Assembly (NCBI GenBank): GCA_002189035.1
Contig: CM007991.1
Span: 4,092,001-4,156,000 of the forward strand
Direction: 5' to 3'
From: Utricularia gibba
Lineage: Eukaryota; Plantae; Magnoliophyta
DNA length: 64,000 nt
Shown piece after piece: positions 1 to 12,247 of this stretch. The position numbers and the translations under genes are program-made. Numbering within the stretch: position 1 is the stretch's first letter; every line of letters starts with the position of its first letter. The notes under the pieces are model-generated. The model was not told where the DNA came from. It searched no databases and was given only the letters and a program-made list of their open reading frames with translations.

Positions 1-2034
1 ATGAAGGGCTTGTGTTTGAGCTATGTGGTAGTCGAGCTTCCCCTGTATCGCCTCTTTCAATTATTCTGGGTATCTGTTCTTTCTTTGTCGAGCCAGTGTG
101 CCAATTCATTGGACCAAGGCTGGTTTGGGCTAGTAGCAGTGGTTTTCTGTTTGTTTGCATGGTTGGGATTACTAGCTTCATAATTCATATCTTCAAGAAG
201 GGAAAAAATCTCAAATTTCACAAATGATGATGAAAATCCAGGCCATTGTCTATTGCTGTCAGACGTTTTTCTGTGGATCTTCACGAATGACACTCAGATT
301 GTAATACCCCTTGTGCAGATCCATGGGAGCCCTCGAGTTGATCCCATGGTAACATGTGCTGGACTTAAAAGTCAGGAGTTTCTGTTCATGTTCTGTTGGA
401 ACTGGTTACTCTGTAAAGTAACAAATTCACATCTCAAGATTCCCGTTTCTGCAGAATGGTTCTCTGTAGCTTTCACTTGCAAAACTCATTGGTGAATGAT
501 ATTTCTCAAATCTTCAGAAAAGAAAAAAGGGGTAATGAAAATGGGTGATTTGAAAACCTGAAGGAAAGTGGTTAGCAAGTTGCTTTCAAGTGGAAGAAAA
601 GGATGAAACTGGGGTGTCAGTTAAGAGGCTGCTGTCACATGGCCTTTCCCCCCTTTGTCATTAACTCGCGGTGCATTGAAACAAGTGGAGCGGGAATAGC
701 ATCCATACCTGTCTGCTGCTTGTCTATATTGTACGCGCTCCCAGCTTTTATCTTTTGTTCTTGCCGCACCCCATGCGCACCATATCATGTCTAACAGAAG
801 CCCTTTGAGTAAGGTGAACAAAACAATACCAGGCTTGCTATATATTCACTCAGTCGAGTGGTGAGATGTCAATATTCAGTGTTTCAGCCCGTGATTCATT
901 GATGGCACCCTGTTACATATGGGGGTCATTCAGCTATCTTGGTCTTGTGTGTAGTTGCCGAGACCAATTGAACCATCCACCAACCTTGGTAAATGGTTAG
1001 AGGACAGAAGTGTACTGTACACAAGGGAAAGAAAGTGAGGACAAACGACAAAAATGAAAAGGTCCCTCCAAGATAGGGATATATGGAAGAAAGCAAGGCA
1101 AGCAAAGGAAAAAGACACTTGGAGGGGGCCGCCATCACAGGAAATAGAAAAGCTGGGTAATCCCTGTGCAGACAGATTCTTTTCCAATACAAGAGATGAA
1201 TACATTTCTGATGATAGAATGTATTATTCATAAAAGATGGTTTTTTATGCTCCATTCTTTTTGGTTTGTGGGGAATGGTATTGGGGATAGTGAATGTGGA
1301 ATGGTCTCAGGCACGATGGCTGTTGGTGGATTAGTTAGCAATCCCTGACCCCTCACTTTCTGATCCACACATATTCCCATATGGGGTTGTACCCTGCAAT
1401 AACTTGCCCTCTATTAGATTTTCTTTAATGAATCTTACGTGCGTTTGACTCTGTGAAGGCGCCTTCATTCTTCCTGCATGTGAGATATGTAGGTATATGT
1501 AAAGGTAAATGCAGTGATGCACACGAGTTGAATGAATGCATTAGATTGGCCCCATGTTGACAATGAGTGAATGAAGTTGATCCAGACATCAGGTTTAGAG
1601 ATGAAAAGGACATGTCACCATGAAATATGAATTGAATGAGATTAGATTCCTTCTTTTTCTTACAAATGCTTCAACCTTTCATGTCTACTGATGTTCTGAT
1701 TGCTGAGAATGAATTGTAACCTGAATGACTTGACGAGGCTGGGTGGTATATATCCACCAGAGGTATGAATGTGTCTCCCTCTAAGGCCAGCTCACATCAT
1801 TGTAATTTAGTTTTCTCTGTTTTGTGTAGGACAAAAAATGATGGCCCTTTTCTATGGTTCTTGGATATAATATTTACTCCAATCGTGACTATTTCTTCTT
1901 TCATCAGTTTTCAGTCTCCATCTCCAGAACTGGCATGATGGGTGCTGATAGATCATCTTCACACAAATTGTTCATTGATGATCTGCAGTTAGCACTGATT
2001 GAACTTCAAGATTAGTCGTTGCTGGAGGGAAAAA

Positions 2035-3209
2035 ATGGCCTTTTTCCACTCCAATTTCATGCTTCAATCATCTCATGAAGATGAACAGAATCTTCCATCC
2101 ACATCTCTTGCTTCTCTGCTCTCTCCATGCGCTCCACAGGAGTTTCAAGGTAACCAAATTATTTATTCCTTTTCATCATCAGCTGTAAGGAAGGGAAATA
2201 CATGGATTGAAGCACTGGTTTTGGCTTTGGAGGCTTTTTGACCATTGATGAATATTAGAAGTTTGGCTTATGCTTTTTCAAAAGAAAGTAGGAAAAAAAG
2301 CTGGTGAAAGCCATCTCCTTTCTTCCACATGTTGAGTCCCATCAATCTTGTACATGATTTTCATGAGCCTCCCCTTGTTTAGTAGGTGTGAATTCACAGT
2401 TCTGGAAGAGATCCATGTCATTTCCAGCAGGAGCTGAGTTATGTGAAGAAATGACTCAAAACAATCATGGTGAAGATGAGTTGTCTGATGATGGCTCTCA
2501 ACTTGGGGAGAGGAAGAGGAGACTCAACATAGAGCAAGTGAAAACACTGGAGAAAAATTTCGAATTGGGAACGAAGCTGGAGCCGGAGAGGAAAATGAGG
2601 CTTGCTCGAGATCTTGGGCTGCAGCCACGTCAAGTAGCCATCTGGTTTCAAAACAGAAGAGCTAGATGGAAAACTAAGCAACTAGAGAAAGACTATGATC
2701 TTCTCAAGCGGCAGTTGAAGGCAGCCAAGGCTGAAAATGACGCTCTTCAGGCACAGAACCAGAGACTTCATGCTGAGGTAAGCATCTTACCAACAAAAAT
2801 CTCTTGCCTTTGTAAGAGATTGCTGATATTCATACGGGGGAATGATGATTGTGATTAGATACTTGCACTGAAGAATAGGGAGACAATTGAGTCTATCAAT
2901 CTGAACAAAGAAACGGAGGGCTCATCCAGCAACAGAAGTGAAAACAGTTGTGAAGTGAAGCTGGAGACTTCCAGGAATCCAGATATTGACAGCCCCGTTG
3001 CCACAGTGCGGCCCGCCCTATTCCCATCTTCAGTTATGCGGCACAATGCCGTCGAACAGCTCTTCCAGAATCCACCGAGGCCCGAAATACATATTCCCAC
3101 GAGGATGGATCATGCTGTGAAGGAAGAAAGTAGCTTCTGCAACATGCTTTGTGGGGTGGATGATCAAACACCGTTTTGGGCATGGATGGAACACCCCAAC
3201 TTCAGCTGA
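2035..3209 (+). CDS. Homeobox-leucine zipper class I transcription factor (ATHB13/HAT7-like), 3 exons, 285 aa
   Basis: Exons 2035-2149, 2386-2777, 2859-3209, all GT-AG and in frame. Homeodomain [19 protein letters not shown]...[15 protein letters not shown] followed by a leucine zipper. N-term [11 protein letters not shown] and C-term [13 protein letters not shown] resemble the ATHB13 clade. Confidence 0.93.
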
Positions 3210-4857
3210 ATCAAGACTCCTGAATCATAATCCACAGCAACCTGGCTTATGAGAAGGTGTTACTTATTTTTCCTTGTTTTTTCGCTCTTACATCTGAGAT
3301 ATGTGTACAGTACAAACTACAGAGTGGTGGCATTTTCTGAGTCATGAGAGGAATATATAATGGCAAAGATGCCTTTTGATCTTTTACTTGACATGTGTGT
3401 GAGAACAAACAGTGACACTTCTCCTTGAAGGATGAACAACAGTTTTTACGCGGTAAAAAACACAAGCAATGAAGCTTGAAGATGAGGGTGAGATGGACGA
3501 ATCTGAAGCACACAATCCAATGAGAAGCTGAGGACAAGAAGAGGAACATTAGTCATATCTCCTCTTTTTCTCTTGCCTGCGCTGACAAGTGACAATGACA
3601 CGCGAACAGAGGCTTCTGCAAGGAATCTCCTTCTCACTCTGCCTGCCACATTAGCCCATAAACACACATTCACATACATTTCACATACATTTCATTCCTT
3701 CATTTTGCTGTATTTAGTGAAGGGCTTGATTTTCGAAGGACCATCCAGAATAGTGATTATACAACCTTTTTAATTGTTTGAAGGACAGAGCTGACACTTC
3801 TTTAGTCACGATTGTTTAAGAGTAATAGTAATTAGGAATGTAATTACTATACTTAATTATAGAGTAGTATATTAATATATCTAAGTATAATATAATTAAA
3901 TACATATATACTTGATTATATATAACGTGTGATATACGATAATAGATATTTAAATATAATTAATTCAATCTTTGTATTTATGTATATCACTTTATATATT
4001 TAAAAGATAAATATAAAAATAATATAATCATATAAAATTAATATATATATATTAATTAATCAAACAATGGTTTATATATCAACTTGATTATAAATTTTCT
4101 ACACTATACTATCAAACAAATTTAAGTGTTACAATCCTTTTGACCTTTGAGATTAATAGAATCTCCCGCATGATTGGTGCCTTTTGCACAGAAGTCTCTT
4201 GCTTTCTTGCAAGTTGCAAGTCGACATAGTTTGGTTTTGAGTGTTGGCGCATAAATAGATCGTTTAGTTAGTTATTAGTTGCGGTGAACGGTTTATATTA
4301 AACATGAAATGGGATCATGGTAGATGGATTCTATGGAGCCAAGCAAAATGCAAAGATTTTACTCACCAGTAAAAAGAAAGGCCAATTTCCTATCGCCATA
4401 TCCCTAGAAACGACACCCCTGTTTAGCTTTTAGGATGACAGAGGATACGCCTGAGCAATAAATGACAACTGCTAAGGAAATTGTAAGACAGGGTAGGTTG
4501 ATCAGCCTGGGATCATATGCAATGCTCCGGCAGAAGGAACTGTTTTAGGGACAGGCTGATGTGATTTAATATTGAAAGATAAGATGATTGCCTACAAGCT
4601 TCAATCTCCACACTGTTGACAAATGGAATAATTCTCATTGTTGCACCTATTCATAACCATGTATGCTGTAGCCTACAGAGACTTGAAGTTGAAACAAAAT
4701 GGCTTCCAAACAGTAGTGTAAGATACAAGCACCACACCACTGTACAAATCAATAAGAAGGAACAACAGTGGCATATTTTGTGGTGGATCTATATGAATTA
4801 GTATTGAGTCCACTGTACTCACTTGTGATCAGATGATGATTCATGAGCCAAAAAATC

Positions 4858-6856
4858 TCATGGTGTCTTCCTCTTCTTCTGTGTTCTCTTCATCTTCTTC
4901 CACTTGAGATAAATTTGGTATGATAGCCCAGAAAATACCATTACAACACTTCCCCATTGCTTAAGAGACAGAGGGTTTCCACCAAGAAGTGAGGACACCA
5001 CAATGCTCACGAATTTCCGGGTTGTCGTTATGGTCGTATTGGTTAACGAACCAAATTGACTGATGGTTAAGAATATAAAGTTCTGGCCAACTGCACCACA
5101 CAAACAGTACAGCAGAATATCCCATGCTACCTCTGGGTGCTGCTTGCAGAAGTGAATTGCATTGTAGCCTATGGCATTGGGCCAGCCGAACATGAATAAC
5201 ATGTTGTAGATAGTACCCCAGATGTTCATTCCTAGCATTATGTTCCATGCATTTGTCTTAGGGTACCTGATGCATGCTCAAGTTTTTTAATCAGATATTA
5301 CAGGTATACACAAAGATCTTATGTTCCATGCATTATGTTCCACGCATTATGTTACAGAACTGATATCAGAAGCTTGAGGTAAGATTCATATTGATGACCC
5401 GACTAAAGATCTTACAAGCTAAAACAAGAATGAATAGAATACCTGGCTGTAATAGAATCCTGAGTTGCATTTGTGAACCCATCAAAAGCGAGATTCAGAA
5501 CACAAAGACTATATCCAAGTGGAGTGTTCGGATGTGCTAGTTTACTAATGGTCTTTGAGCTTGTCTGCAAGGAGAAACATGGGAAAAATATGGGTTGCAG
5601 GGGCTTTTCTACTCATGATCAACTAAACAGAGTAATAAATAAATTTACCTTTGAAAGTGCAAAGGCGGACACACCACCCGCAACCAGAAACGTGCAAAAA
5701 TACTCGGGAATGGTGTATCTAATCCCATATACAAGTGTACCCATAAGCATTACTGAAAAAGAGGATGTAAATATTGTCAGACAACAGGAAATCCCACCAT
5801 GCGGAGCACAAATACTCAAATTGCTACCTCACCTGGAATCATTTTTGAGGACTTTGCCAGGACCTGTACTCAGAGAAACATAAATCAGTTCCTATTATAG
5901 AATCGTTTTGTCCACAAGAAGCGACATGTGGAACTTGACTATGTAATTAAGAATCATATAATCACATCGCAGCCTAGTGAAGTACATTGCTGAATTTCTC
6001 CAGATCAAAGAGGTAACATGATATTGTAACAACCCAAAAATCTTAGGTGCTAGTAATCTTATACATGCCTGCGCAGGATAACTAATGTACTTCAAGGCTT
6101 CAATCCCCATAGCAGGGCCAATTGTATTAGTAATTCCAGCGCTCCAGTAACTCCACCAAGGAGCACCGTTTTTTCCATCACTCGACCAAATCGTTATCAC
6201 TACTCAAAGGAAGGGAAAGATGGCATTGTGAATATTAAGCACGACTCTAACATCATGCAGTAGAATACTAAACGAACTTACTTAAAAACGACCATATCAA
6301 ACACACTACATTTTGTGCAAGGTTCAAGAATGCCAGGTGCTCAAACCTCTTCTTATCAGGACCGAACCTCTTAGTTGAGCTGCACCAAATTCCAAAAACA
6401 AACATCACTCAATAATAATAGCTATAGATGAGACGACAAAAGGAAGGCACACTGACACACTCTGAAATATATCTACAACCATAAACCCCAATACCAGAGT
6501 TATACCAGAGTTCTGTAAGGAAAAAAATTCCTAGAGACCACAGCCTCTCGCAGATGTAATTACATAATCACATTCTGCGCCGATTTTACATTTCACTACT
6601 CACCAAATAAGAGTTAAAAACAGTAGTGATTCGATCTAAAACATCCCAAGCTTAAAATCCCTAGTTTTCCTAACCTCTCTTTCTGCAAAAACTGAAACTT
6701 TACTACAGATCACACTACAAATCCAATAAAAGAATCATATGATGAATCTTACACGGTCTCCTGAAGAACCCCCTGATAAATATATGCCGCCCAAATACCC
6801 GACACACAAAATAACAAGAGAAATACGCGGCGAAGACCAGCAGCATGCGCCTCCAT
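4858..6856 (-). CDS. UTR3: UDP-galactose/UDP-glucose transporter (AtUTr3/SLC35B1-like), 7 exons, 332 aa
   Basis: Exons 6856-6753, 6379-6282, 6199-6069, 5863-5833, 5752-5649, 5564-5443, 5266-4858 (999 nt). The translation closely follows AtUTr3 as recalled (MEAHAAGLRRV..., GAPWWSYWSAGITNTIGPAMGIEALKYISYPAQVLAKSSKMIP..., C-terminal KKRKTP). Intron 3 has a GC donor. Confidence 0.93.
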
Positions 6857-6969
6857 TGCCTACTTCGAAGGCTGTCTGCAACTATGCGGCGAAGACCACC
6901 ATTACGTTCCAACGTTCGTGGGATCATCAAATATATTCGTCCGGTACTGGTGTGCTACGTGGTTATCCA

Positions 6970-6988
6970 CGTGGACATCTCCTATTGG
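6970..6988 (-). promoter_or_regulatory. ER-stress response element (ERSE) CCAAT-N9-CCACG in the UTR3 promoter
   Basis: Minus strand reads CCAAT-AGGAGATGT-CCACG, 114-132 bp upstream of the ATG. A second CCACG lies at 6962-6958 and a second CCAAT at 7018-7014. Confidence 0.7.
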
Positions 6989-7060
6989 TTTAAAACAGCA
7001 GCCGCTGAATATTATTGGCTGAAAGACGCGGCGGCTTTCCTGAGGCTGGCGTAACGCTAA

Positions 7061-7160
7061 TGGGCTTATGTTACGGTATGGCCCATATCTCCATCCCTTT
7101 CGGACCAACTTTACTGCATATGCATTGTAGGCCCATAATCACCATTCCTTACTGGCCCAA
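7061..7160. promoter_or_regulatory. Cluster of site II (TGGGCY/RGCCCA, TCP-type) elements upstream of UTR3
   Basis: TGGGCT at about 7061 and GGCCCA at about 7080, 7130 and 7154. Confidence 0.5.
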
Positions 7161-8601
7161 TTTACGGAGTATGCATGAATTTACCGATTCATATATTCGG
7201 ATGCATCCATTTGAAAAATTACAGGTATGTTTTAATATTTATATTAAATTATCTACAAAATTAATAAAATGAAATAATTTTTACTAAAAAACGAAAAAAT
7301 TTAAAAAATCATTCAACATAATAAAAAAAACCTAATCAAGGAAAACTAGAAAACATCAATTCACTAGATATTAAAATTTAAAATAAATAACATTAATTTA
7401 TGGATCATCACTACAATTGTACATCGTAAATTAAATGTAATAAAAAATTATTACAAATAATTTTAAATGATGTCAAATCAATTGAGGTAGCACTATTATC
7501 ATCAACAAACATGATATATATATATATATTATCATTGGGTTATCAAGTGATAAATTAGATATTTATAATATATTTTCAATACTTAGTCCTACATGCTAAT
7601 GTTTAAATGGATCATCTTTATAAGATTATATACTTCTATATAAACGTCAAAGATTGATACTTTGCCAACTAAATCTTCAGTCATCTACAATATTAATTTG
7701 TTTCTATGCTTTGAATATGTGAAGACATGTTATTCATTTCAGGCACATATGAAGATGAGGATTGTCCAACAATTTTTAAAACAAAATCTAAAGATATGGT
7801 ATTGAGTAAACATAAAAATGGCACCAATCAATTGATATTAACTTATATTTAACAATTAGAAACTTGGTTGATTTGAAGACACCATGATATTTCATAAATC
7901 CATTAACTCTGGTTTGATCATTATCTTGTTGTTTATTGAGGATAGTACATCTCTGAAAAAAACTGATTTCAATGTTGAGAGTAAAATATCAAATACTAAA
8001 TTATCTAATAATGTGAACAAAAATATGATAAGAATATTTTCTATCTGATAAAAACATGTAGAGGATTAAAGTTATGTAACCATTTAACTTTTACTTCATT
8101 TCAAAGGTTCGTAATGTTTTCATAATATGATAAGAATATATTAATATATCACATATCTCATAAACTAAATGAAGAGATTGTTTTTCTATATTACAAATTC
8201 AGATCATACCATGAAAATGCTCTCAAATATAGCATATCTTCTCATTATTGTGCAATGGTTACACCTTCTAACTTTGGTTGGTTACCTCAAACATTGGATA
8301 CAAAAAGTGAAATTCACTTCTATTCAAGTGAACGCGTGAAATAAACATAACTCGATTCTCTAACAACACTTGACATAATCTTGGTACTTCTTCCATTATT
8401 TCAACCATGTAACTTCCTTCTTTAAAAATGGACATTCCTCAATTCGAGTGGCCTTAGGTATGCTTGACCTATGAGAGTGTCAATTCATAACTCTCCCAAA
8501 ATTTTCTATCTCAAGATAACACGAAACGAAGATATCAAGTACACGAATTTTCATAACTCTCCCAAAACAAATCCAACATCAGTTCAAAGGGTATTCATTC
8601 C

Positions 8602-10205
8602 TCATCTGTTCCATTCAAACTCAGAAGCATACCTAGAAGTGGCACCAGCAGCAGCACGATTCGAGTCTTCCGGCTTTACGGAGTTTGCGAAAGTGTTCCA
8701 TCCCAGTAGGTATGGAACTATGAACTGCTTGAACATAAGGATCATCAGCATCAAGACCAGAAAGTTGTTTCATTCCTCACAGAAATGAAACTGAAACCTT
8801 ACATTAAAAGATGATACGAGAACAGCTAACTCTGCCTTTGTGATGGGGATGTATATGCTCTCATCCACATTTGTTATCTTGTTTTGAACACCTGCACAGC
8901 AGCAAGGACCATTTAAGAGAAGAAAAGATGTTGCTTATTTTCATTAGTTTTAACCAAAACTATATTCGTAGGAAGAACAAGGGGATACTCAGATTGAAGA
9001 AGTGGCCAGAACCATCAGGCAAGGGCTCCACCTTCAAGACTTTCCTTACTCTACCCTCGTCACTGTAACAATCAAAGATAAAGGAACTCGACATAAAAAG
9101 ATATGCAAGATGGTTTAATCTTAAGTTGGCTCAAGCAAAATTCCTAATGCACTTTTTATCAGCCATCAGCCAATCAAGTGTACCTCATGAATTCAGGATG
9201 GCGTTTAGTGTAAAGTTAAAGAAGCATACAAGGATCTGTTTGCAGCCCTACCTTTTCCCTTTAAAGGGATCATGAAAGAACTCACACGAATCCCTCGCCC
9301 CTAAGCTGATGATGGTTCCAATCTCAGTCACTGACAATGAGAATACCTGGGAATATCCAAAGGAAAGCACATAAAATTTGTATAAAAGAGCGGCAAACCA
9401 AGGGGATACGTGAGTTCTAGGGTAAAGAAAATGTAATCCTTGTATACTACTGTTTGCTCATTCAGACAGTAAAAATCAAGAGAGGCCACCTTTGGGAAAG
9501 TAACAAATTAAAATGCATATCAGGCTTCCATTACTGAAACATAGAGTTACAAGATCCATGGGCACAAGGATAGCTTTAACAACTAGACATTCACATTACC
9601 TGTTTCCTACTCCAGTCATATTGACGAGTACCAACACCAGGAGCAAATTGAAGCAAAATAAAGCCTTCCTTTGAAATCTTAAATGCCCCAGACTGCTCAA
9701 GTAAATGTAGCAAACCACTTAGAAGAGAAATACAAATTGCATACACAGAGGATGAAGAAGAGCATTGACTAACTTACACCCAAAGGTGAGAACTCCGGAG
9801 GCCTTGGTTCCACCGTAAGAGCAGCTTTCCCCTTATATACCGAGTATCCAACGTAAACCCTTGGTGGCAGTTGCCCTATTCAATAAAAGAAGAAAAATGC
9901 CATGAAAATCTCAAGAGGCACACCAGACCCAGACGTATATATGAACAAAAGACTACAATTATCAACGCACCACCGGGCACTGAAGAATCATAAGTTGAGA
10001 ACCCTTGATTTTGTTCTTTAGGTGTCAAGTACTGAGCTTTCACACCCAGCTGGCGTTTTCCATGTAGGGTGATGGAAGAAGCTTCACCTTCTCTTCTTCT
10101 GGGGAAGACTGTAACGCATGGAGCAGCCAAGGTGTTGGAGGATAATCCACTCTTTAGGAACCAAGGTTTAACTCCTGGGTTCGCAGATAGAGCGGGACTC
10201 AACAT
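8602..10205 (-). CDS. WHY1: WHIRLY ssDNA-binding protein, plastid type (WHY1/WHY3-like), 7 exons, 268 aa
   Basis: Exons 10205-9971, 9875-9778, 9692-9600, 9346-9252, 9062-8989, 8891-8803, 8724-8602 (807 nt). Contains the KGKAAL motif ([22 protein letters not shown]), [31 protein letters not shown] and C-term EFEWNR. The N-terminus is S/A-rich and transit-peptide-like. Confidence 0.95.
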
Positions 10206-10453
10206 TCTGGTTTTTTTAAGGAACTCCGTCAACTCCCAAGGCGAAAGGGTTTTGAAGACCAAACGGAGCGGTATACGGATCCAAATACATTTAAAGACCT
10301 GACCCAGTTTCCGTTTTACTTCACTTGAACCTCCACCGACCCATATCCATTTTATGTCCACCCACAGTTCGTGTCTCTTCTTTCTGCAACATCCCAGGTG
10401 CCCAAGATTTCGCCTTTCAATCTCCCTGTTTCCTTCATGTAAATGAACCAAAA

Positions 10454-12247
10454 ATGTCTTCGCTTTGCTCGTCCTTGCCGTTCGGGATGCTTGTGCTTCT
10501 TCCGAAGTATGGCCATAATAACCCGCGGCAGTCTATATTTCCGCGGTTAAAGAGAAAAAAATCTAGCTTTCTTGGTTCTCCGATCTCCTCTTTTTCAAGC
10601 AGCCACAGCAATTCTGCATTTTCAGAGAAACCACCAGTTAGTCTCGCGTACATTTTCTGAGTAACAGGATAGAAGGAAGCCTTCATTTTTGCATTGTTTA
10701 TGGGTTAACTGGGTGTTGTGTTTTGCAGTTGGGATATGATCCTGAGGAGTTTCTTGATATTCCTGCTGATTTACAACCAAGGTAGCCGTTCTTTTCATCG
10801 CATTTTGAGCTTTAGTAATCGTCTCTGTTGTTCCTAGATCTCAATTCCACTCACAGGAAGGTTTCTTTATCTTCTGCTTCAAAACCGAGATCATGGTTTG
10901 GTCCCAACGGTCAGTACATCCGAGAATTGCCTTGTCCGAATTGCAGAGGAAGAGGCTATACCCCATGTGTCCAATGCGGAATAGAAAGACCTCGACCAGA
11001 TTGTTCGCTCTGTAACGCAAAGGTAGCCACTTTCTATCTTAATATTCCTAGTTTTTCGGAGTTTGAAAATCCTGATTTCGTTAGGGAATGGTTTCTTGCG
11101 ATCAATGCCACGGAGATTGTGTTATCTGGGAAGAATCAATTGACGAGCGACCATGGGAGAACGCCCGCTCAGTGTAAAGATGTTTTTTTTTGTTCATGGA
11201 ACAAAAGCCACTTTTTTTTCCTGCAAATGATTAATACTCTGGAAATCTGGATGGGTTTTTGAAGTTCCCCACTTAGGGTTAAGGAAGATGAAGAAGTCGA
11301 TGACTTGGAGATAAAACTGGATGTAAAGAAGAAAAGGAGGCGTGCTTATCAGTCCTCTGATCCTGAAGTTAACTTGAAGATAAGCAGATCTCTAAAAGTT
11401 AGTTATTTTTCTCTGATGAGATAGTGAAGGCTATGTGGAACTCTTGGGCAATCATAAGTTTAATCCTTTCGGTTTAGTTGAGTGTTTGCAGATTCTGAAT
11501 GCTAAAACTGGAATATTCAGCAAGAAGATGAAGATAATCCATCGAGATCCTATTCTTCGTGCACAAAGAGTGGCTGCTATCAAGGTTTTTCTCTTTGTTC
11601 TCTCTTGACTCTTCGCTTTAGCTAGTTGTAGAGATTTATAAAGGTGTCTCCTGGACAGAAAACCAAGGGGTCCCCTGCTGCAAGGAGACATGCTTCTGAA
11701 ACCATGAAGATATATTTTTCTGATCCTGAAAATCGTCGCAAGAGAGGCATTGCAATGAAAGGTCCTAAGAATCTGAAATGATGATCCGAATACTGCTGTC
11801 TCCTGCATCATCTAACGACAAGGTATTTCTGCAGGCGTAAGATTTTATTGCCAAAACTGTGGAGGTGAAGGCCACAGGAGAAGCTATTGTCCAGAAATTC
11901 CAAACAGGGAAACCAAAGCTCAATTCAAGTGCCGGATTTGTGGGGGAAAAGGGCATAACAGGAGGACTTGTCCAAGATCGAAACCAATGGAGAAGGCAAG
12001 CACTCAGCGTGGGGATCACCATTGCAAGGTATGTGGCCAACGTGGACATAACCGGAGAACATGTACACAGATGGCTGTAAAAGAATCATGGTTAGCTGGA
12101 ACTCAGGGAGAGGGAATGTCTAAAAGGAGCTACACATGCCATCTTTGCCAACAGAAAGGTCATAGCATGAGAACCTGCCCACTTAGAAATGAACATTCAA
12201 AGCCTGACTTGTCTGATCATGCTTTTCATGGCAATGATAAAGATTGA
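10454..12247 (+). CDS. Putative plastid zinc-knuckle protein: DnaJ-like CxxC zinc finger plus four CCHC knuckles (resembles Arabidopsis At5g20220), 8 exons, 410 aa
   Basis: Exons 10454-10636, 10729-10781, 10857-11022, 11085-11173, 11265-11397, 11492-11584, 11659-11761, 11835-12247 (1233 nt, all GT-AG). Contains SWFGPNGQYIRELPCPNCRGRG and knuckles CQNCGGEGHRRSYC, CRICGGKGHNRRTC, CKVCGQRGHNRRTC, CHLCQQKGHSMRTC. The N-terminus is Ser-rich. Confidence 0.88.

Noticed and set aside
100-125. TTGGACCAAGGCT resembling miR166 (TCGGACCAGGCTTCATT)
   Set aside because: Only a partial match, with no fold-back partner arm visible.
1560-1600. TGAGTGAATGAAG resembling the loop-proximal arm of miR159/319 precursors
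   Set aside because: No mature miR159/319 sequence downstream and no complementary arm upstream.
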